Shown here in pieces: positions 34,624 through 40,027 of a stretch of 40,027 bases of DNA (the first letter of the stretch is position 1; each line of letters opens with the position of its first letter). Origin of the DNA: a virus (lineage: Duplodnaviria; Caudoviricetes); IMG/VR virus record IMGVR_UViG_3300020432_000016, positions 1-40,027 of that record; one strand, 5' to 3'. Below the pieces are notes generated by a model. It was not told where the DNA came from. It did not search any database and was given only the letters and a program-made list of their open reading frames with translations. The position numbers were made by a program, and so were the translations under genes.

Positions 34624-37458
34624 TTACACAAGGAATGTTCCTACACCAGGATAAGAACCAAAGGGTAGCTCACCAACGATGGTTTGGTCGCCAATCAGTG
34701 TCTGGCCATCAGTATCTTTAAAACGTAATTTACACGAACTCAATAGCTTTCCGCACTTGTCTCCGCTTGCTGCTACGTCAGCAGCAAATGTTGGTGAAGC
34801 TTTCCAAGCATTTAGTGCGTTATCGCGAGCGGTGATCAAAGGCTGCAAGGTTTGAGTGTTGTAAGAATCATATGCTGCTTGTGCTTGCGCATAGGCGGCA
34901 AGCTTTGCTGCGTCCCCTCCTGACTGCTGGTATGTCTCTAGTTTGTATTTCTTTAATCCAGCTACAAAAAAGCCCTCGTCGTCAACGCCTTCCTCATTAC
35001 CTTCCACTACGTCTCCTTTTCTATATGTTTGGCCAAGAGTCACTTGAACCTTGTCTTTTACTGCAATAATTTCTCCATACTCATCCTCTTCTACATATGT
35101 GACATTTTCTTGGTAGATACTAGACGCGAAAGTGTATTGGACACCACTGGCTTCCACCTCTGCTAGTTTTTGATTTGCTGTATCTCTTAGCCCATTTGAA
35201 GTCTGTCTTCCGGCAGTGAGATTTGCTTTAGCAGTGTAAAACGCAGTGCCTAAAGCACTACCGGTCACACTATTTATCAAGGTATCATTTTCGTCTGCTA
35301 CTGGCGCACCGTTGTAAGAACACTCACCTGATCGGTACGTCCACTGGCAAATGTTTGGGATGCATTGACGTTTAGGGCTTCTTACACCTTGCAGGTCAAG
35401 TCGTGCCGTCAGCTCAAACTGAACAAATTCTCGCGTCTCAGCGACTTTACGGTCTACTACATATGACTCCATCGGGAACTCTGTATCTGGCGATGGTGCA
35501 TTCCAGCTAGGGGCGCTGCCAGCAGGCCATGTCGCCGCATCTAGAAACTCAGCCATCGTGCGTCGTCTTATGAACTTAGCGCCGTTCAGGTCGTTGTTAG
35601 GCGTTGTCGCTCTTGCTGCATTCATTAATGCCGTAATGGTTCCATCTAAGTTGTTGATTGTTACCACAGGTCGAGGCAACTGAGTGTTTGTATATTCAAA
35701 GCCCTCCGCCTTAACTGGTAGTGGCACATAAGATATGCCTCGCCACACTACCGGGCGATCATCACTTGTTTGACCTGGGTAGAAGTAAAAGACTTGGTTG
35801 CTACCGTGTATTTCCTCTATCAGTGTTAACTCGTACAGCTCAATAATTGCAGATGGCGCTGAATTCACAAGTGCTTCATACACTGCACTTTCTGCTGCCC
35901 ACAAGGCACCTTTCTCTAGATTGACTGCTCCTGTATTAGAAGTTGTTACGTCTACAGACACTGAATAGGTGTTTCCGTCAATTGCCGTAAGCTTGAACCC
36001 ATTAGTTGGCAGCCCCATTTGGGGGGCAACAGTCACACCTGTCTGAAAGATTGATGTATGGCCTCCTGCTGCAGCGGCGGCAGCTAAGTCAGCAGCGATG
36101 TCTGCATCACTTGTGCGCCCAGTTGCAACGGTAAGTTCAAAACTGTCTGCAATCGCTGAGCTTTGATAGTTAATTTTGATCTTATCGCCAACATCAAATA
36201 CGCCACTAAATGGCATTGCGTACATGGCCTGCCCCTGACTGTCTACCGGGGTCTCTTCAACGAATCCTTCAAGTGGGGTGCCATTGTCCTCTCGATAAGG
36301 GATCGTTGGCCAGCTTGGCTCTGTAGCGCCTGTACCGCCAGTCCTTTTACATACAAATACCAATCCGAGTCGTGAGTCGATCGAAGACGTTTTAATCCGC
36401 GAACCGGCTGACACCAAGTAGTTTGTTTGCCAAGTATTTAAAGATCCAGTCCCCTGATAGCCGGAACCTCCATAGCTTGGCTGGTATGCAATGCCTGTAA
36501 GTGCGCTGCTGTACAAAGTACAATTTGCATCGTCTCCATAGGTTGGATAAAACTGTTGCGGTGGACCTGATTGTCGCCAGTTGTATCTAGCACCAAATCT
36601 CTGCGTCAAAGATATATACGATGAGACATTCCCAACAGCTATAGGTTCTTTGTTGATGTGCCATGTCCATGTGTTTTGAGTCCTGTTGTGGACCAGCATG
36701 TAATTACCAGGACGACTAACCGTCATGGTCTTCTCATTGGGCCTTGAGCTGTTGTCGCCTTGCGCAATGCCAATTACGGGGAACTTATCAGTAAAGGCTG
36801 CTGGCATGCCATACGGCAACGTTATATCAGCGGCCTCCTCAAAGTTTGGGCTCGAGCCTATCAGAAAATAATAGGTTGTATGATGCTCTTGATCACTACA
36901 GTTGACAGTATTATCGTCTTCGTCTGTATATGTCCTGCCTGTCATGTCTTCATCTACGATGAAAACTTCTCTTACACAATCAGGCCCAACGGCTTCCTGT
37001 CTTGTTTTTGTTTCAATCCTAAGCCAGAGGAACTTAAATTTCAGATCTGACCCTTCACTCCTGTACCGATAGACTTTTGTTGAATAAGAGCTATTATTTC
37101 CTGTATATAGATGTATTGAATTTGCATCTGGTCCTGACTGTGGCCCAAAGTATATTGTTTCACCATCAACTTTGTAGCTGGAAAGCTGTGTGGAATTTGT
37201 TATATTCTTTACGTCAAACCCGAGTGTTTCATAGTCTGGACTTGTGACCTCTGCTACTAAATTAGTCCAAGCACCGTTTATATAATTGCCGCCACTGTTT
37301 AAATTGTCGGCAGGTGGTATTTGAAGCAGCTCTCCATAGCCATACTTTGGGAATCGTACTTCTGTTGAATTATATGGTGCAAACCTTCTAGTGCAATTAC
37401 CGTATGGATCGAGATTGCTCCAGATCGGGTTTGGATTCGGATTGTTGTATACAATCAT
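34624..37458 (-). CDS. Minor tail protein L, enlarged to 944 aa
   Basis: AIIELYEL, Y.PLP..AEGFE, RRRTMAEFLD, VQFEL, CQWTYRSGECSY..DKCGKLLSSCKLRF..LPFGSYPG. Confidence 0.92.
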   Translation of the reverse strand: MIVYNNPNPNPIWSNLDPYGNCTRRFAPYNSTEVRFPKYGYGELLQIPPADNLNSGGNYINGAWTNLVAEVTSPDYETLGFDVKNITNSTQLSSYKVDGETIYFGPQSGPDANSIHLYTGNNSSYSTKVYRYRSEGSDLKFKFLWLRIETKTRQEAVGPDCVREVFIVDEDMTGRTYTDEDDNTVNCSDQEHHTTYYFLIGSSPNFEEAADITLPYGMPAAFTDKFPVIGIAQGDNSSRPNEKTMTVSRPGNYMLVHNRTQNTWTWHINKEPIAVGNVSSYISLTQRFGARYNWRQSGPPQQFYPTYGDDANCTLYSSALTGIAYQPSYGGSGYQGTGSLNTWQTNYLVSAGSRIKTSSIDSRLGLVFVCKRTGGTGATEPSWPTIPYREDNGTPLEGFVEETPVDSQGQAMYAMPFSGVFDVGDKIKINYQSSAIADSFELTVATGRTSDADIAADLAAAAAAGGHTSIFQTGVTVAPQMGLPTNGFKLTAIDGNTYSVSVDVTTSNTGAVNLEKGALWAAESAVYEALVNSAPSAIIELYELTLIEEIHGSNQVFYFYPGQTSDDRPVVWRGISYVPLPVKAEGFEYTNTQLPRPVVTINNLDGTITALMNAARATTPNNDLNGAKFIRRRTMAEFLDAATWPAGSAPSWNAPSPDTEFPMESYVVDRKVAETREFVQFELTARLDLQGVRSPKRQCIPNICQWTYRSGECSYNGAPVADENDTLINSVTGSALGTAFYTAKANLTAGRQTSNGLRDTANQKLAEVEASGVQYTFASSIYQENVTYVEEDEYGEIIAVKDKVQVTLGQTYRKGDVVEGNEEGVDDEGFFVAGLKKYKLETYQQSGGDAAKLAAYAQAQAAYDSYNTQTLQPLITARDNALNAWKASPTFAADVAASGDKCGKLLSSCKLRFKDTDGQTLIGDQTIVGELPFGSYPGVGTFLV

Positions 37459-37883
37459 TATTCTTTGACCTCCCTAAACACTGCTGTCACAGTGTTATTG
37501 TTATATGAGTTATATGTCCTGTTCCATTCGTCACACACAAAGCGCTTAAATATATATCCCCCAGCGTTGTAATCAGCAATGCTGAATGGTTCGTTTGGTT
37601 CTCGCCATGTAAATGCATCGACTCCACTTCTATCAGAAAGGAAGCCTTCGATGTAATCAGACTCATTGTCTGATCTACTTGAAAACGTTAGGTTGTAGAC
37701 CTTTAGGTCGTTGTTTAGACCAAACCTAAGTCGTTGCTCGGCACCTGGATTTTGAAACTGGACTTTCTTTACTACCGGTCTACTGCTTTTGCCAACGTTG
37801 TAATCAGGTAGTACGTCGAAATCAAAGTAAGCATGATGTTGGTCTCGATGCCTTGTTTCATCTGGTGTGCTTGGCCAGGTCAT
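37458..37883 (-). CDS. Minor tail protein M (distal tail)
   Basis: EQRLRFGLN, FL..RSGVDAFTW, CDEW, TAVFREV. Confidence 0.9.
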   Translation of the reverse strand: MTWPSTPDETRHRDQHHAYFDFDVLPDYNVGKSSRPVVKKVQFQNPGAEQRLRFGLNNDLKVYNLTFSSRSDNESDYIEGFLSDRSGVDAFTWREPNEPFSIADYNAGGYIFKRFVCDEWNRTYNSYNNNTVTAVFREVKE

Positions 37884-40027
37884 GCGAGGAGGCCCCCTGC
37901 TCTCTTTTGCTTGATCAGTTCCTGATTCACTGCCTTAGCGATAAATCTCCCAAGTTGATTTGCCTTGGGATCATCACCGCTGACTTTGCTTCCAGTGGCA
38001 TCAACATTCACGTTAATCACGGTTGAGCCGCTCCCAGAAGCCTCTACTCCAAGTCTGCCGCTCTTACCCCTACGTAGCGGAAGGATGCCCTCAGGGCCTG
38101 CCTCACCTGCCACTCCGTTTTCCATTATGCCGCCATTCTTATATCGGAAGAATGTTGGTGACTTGACTATGCCTCCTTTTGCGTAAGGAACAATCTTGTT
38201 GCTTGCATATGCATTACCCATTGCATTGCTGGTCATGTTTGGTACTCCAAACAAATTCCCTAACCCTTTAGACATTGAGTCGACCAATGGCTTGATAACC
38301 ATGATTTGCATGATCTGCTTAGCGATATCTTTTAGAATTGTTGATCCAATCTGACGCAAGCTTTCTCCCCAATCCTCTGTTCCTTCAATTAGTAATTCCA
38401 TCGCCTGGCCCATGCCGTTGCCAATAGAATTCGCGATTCCTGTGGCTAGCTCGGCATTTCGTTCGTTGAGTCGATTTATCTCCTCTTGAGCGGCCTTAGT
38501 ATTTTCAAGTTCTCTGTTATTTTTTATTGATGCAGCATAGTTGTTGTCAATTTTTAGAATCCTCTCGTCGAACAGTCTGTTTATTGCTTCTTCTGCTTCC
38601 TTTCTCTTTTCTGTAGTTTGAATCAGCGCTGCTTCCTTAAGCAAGAGCTCCTTGTCTGTTTCCGCGCTAGAAATTGCCTTATCCCTCTGCTCGCTTAGAT
38701 CAAATTTAAATCCAGCCTCTCGGCGTTCGCGGGCGCCCTGCAATGTATCTACCTGTTGATAACGTCTTAAGTTCCTATCACTATCATCAACTGCTCCCCT
38801 TAATACATCTCCACGGGACATCGCTTCTGTCAAAAGTTTTGCTAGCTGTAGCATCCTTTCTTTATCTAAGGCTTCCAACTGGGTTGCCCTTTGAGCTTGT
38901 CGCGCATTCGCATTGGGACCTGGAGCGATTGCTGTAATTAATTCGCTTACAGGTCTCTCCACAGTAATAGCGACTGCTTCCCCAATATCTTTAGGGATCC
39001 CGCCCAGAAGATTCTCAATGGTCTTTTCGCCCTTCAGCCTCCTCTGGTCATATCCTCTCATCTCGTCTATATCTTTTTGCGAAGCAGTTCCTCCATAAAC
39101 CAATCCGCCATCAGAACGTACGCTGGGTTCTGGTATCGCTGATTTTCCTTCACCTTCTAAAATCTTATTTTTCCAATCCCTGTTCGCTCTGCCCAGATAT
39201 TTTTCATAGAAAGCCTCTTCAAGTTGGTTTCTTTCAACAACACCTTCTTTTAGGATTTTTCTTATCCTCTCAGCCGACTTCTGCCTTGCTTCACTCTCCC
39301 GTTCAACTTGCTGAGCGTTCGCCTCCATTATCTGCCTTTGTGTATTCTTCGCGATATTTGCGAGCTCCTTGGCGAGTTGTCTCTCCTCGTCATTAAATTG
39401 CTGCTCGATCTGTTTACGTTCATCCTCAAACTTGCGCTTAAATTGTAACAGCTCACGCTCAAGTGCATAATTAGACCCCTCTGGATCTTGAAGCTCACGC
39501 AGGCGAATCTCTGAATCTTCTCTGGCTCTTACGCCCCTCAAACGCAACTCCTGAAGAGCCCTTTCGCCCTGGATGATTTTCTCTTTTAAGCCTTCCTCAA
39601 GTCTTTCTATCGCTCTAAATTCAGACTGTCTGATGCTTGCAATTTCACGTTCTGTGCTTTCCCTAATACTTTTAAGTGATTGCTCCGCTGTCTTTTGTGC
39701 GTCAGCGATTTCTAGTGCTGCCTTTTTCGCTTTTTTCAGTGCCGGTGTAGCGAGATCATCTTTACGCTCAGCTCCAGGGAACATCAGCATGAGCAGCCTA
39801 TTCGCTTCAGTCATACCCTTCGTTTCCTCTTTCAGTCTCGCAATTGCCGCACTCAGCTTGTCAATATTACTTTTCGCCTTCTTAGCTGTGTAATTATTGT
39901 CCTCAGCAACCGCGGCCTCTATTGTGCTCAGAGCCCCTCTCAAGCCCTTGAGTGCCGCCATTCTCTGCTTGTAGGTCTCTAGTGCGTCATCGCCATCTTC
40001 GATCTTTGAGCCTTCTATGAGCCTGTC
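37880..40027 (-). CDS. Tape measure protein, 5' part outside the window
   Basis: Coiled coil plus C-terminal YAKGGIV..GEAGPEGILPL..QKRAGGLL; frame stays open from 39961 to 40027. Confidence 0.93.
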   Translation of the reverse strand, partial: DRLIEGSKIEDGDDALETYKQRMAALKGLRGALSTIEAAVAEDNNYTAKKAKSNIDKLSAAIARLKEETKGMTEANRLLMLMFPGAERKDDLATPALKKAKKAALEIADAQKTAEQSLKSIRESTEREIASIRQSEFRAIERLEEGLKEKIIQGERALQELRLRGVRAREDSEIRLRELQDPEGSNYALERELLQFKRKFEDERKQIEQQFNDEERQLAKELANIAKNTQRQIMEANAQQVERESEARQKSAERIRKILKEGVVERNQLEEAFYEKYLGRANRDWKNKILEGEGKSAIPEPSVRSDGGLVYGGTASQKDIDEMRGYDQRRLKGEKTIENLLGGIPKDIGEAVAITVERPVSELITAIAPGPNANARQAQRATQLEALDKERMLQLAKLLTEAMSRGDVLRGAVDDSDRNLRRYQQVDTLQGARERREAGFKFDLSEQRDKAISSAETDKELLLKEAALIQTTEKRKEAEEAINRLFDERILKIDNNYAASIKNNRELENTKAAQEEINRLNERNAELATGIANSIGNGMGQAMELLIEGTEDWGESLRQIGSTILKDIAKQIMQIMVIKPLVDSMSKGLGNLFGVPNMTSNAMGNAYASNKIVPYAKGGIVKSPTFFRYKNGGIMENGVAGEAGPEGILPLRRGKSGRLGVEASGSGSTVINVNVDATGSKVSGDDPKANQLGRFIAKAVNQELIKQKRAGGLLA

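Overview
The window is part of a temperate cyanophage genome (siphovirus with a lambda-like tail), most likely infecting a picocyanobacterium, and appears to be in the excised form. 1-5.7 kb is an early/accessory region. It lies between two related AT-rich blocks that share a 27-bp palindrome. It contains a 140-bp tandem repeat, a duplicated promoter-ORF-double-terminator cassette and small orphan genes, six of which carry the 9-mer CAATCGCAC 8-11 nt before the ATG. 5.7-15.8 kb holds thyX, a leftward operon (primase-helicase, candidate iteron origin, PD-(D/E)XK nuclease, RusA, sigma-70 factor, DUF3310, small hypotheticals) and an NrdR-like zinc ribbon. 15.9-18.8 kb is the lysogeny module: attP (3' half of tRNA-Lys UUU), tyrosine integrase, excisionase and an XRE-like regulator. 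18.9-24.2 kb is a rightward operon: ERF-like protein, SSB candidate, DnaN, a second sigma factor, dCTP deaminase and two tandem NblA-like genes. 24.1-40.0 kb is the leftward late region: HNH, lysozyme-peptidase endolysin, membrane proteins, RCC1-repeat fibre, lambda J/I/K/L/M homologues and a tape measure gene that runs off the window. All protein calls rest on motifs recognised by eye; no searches were run.
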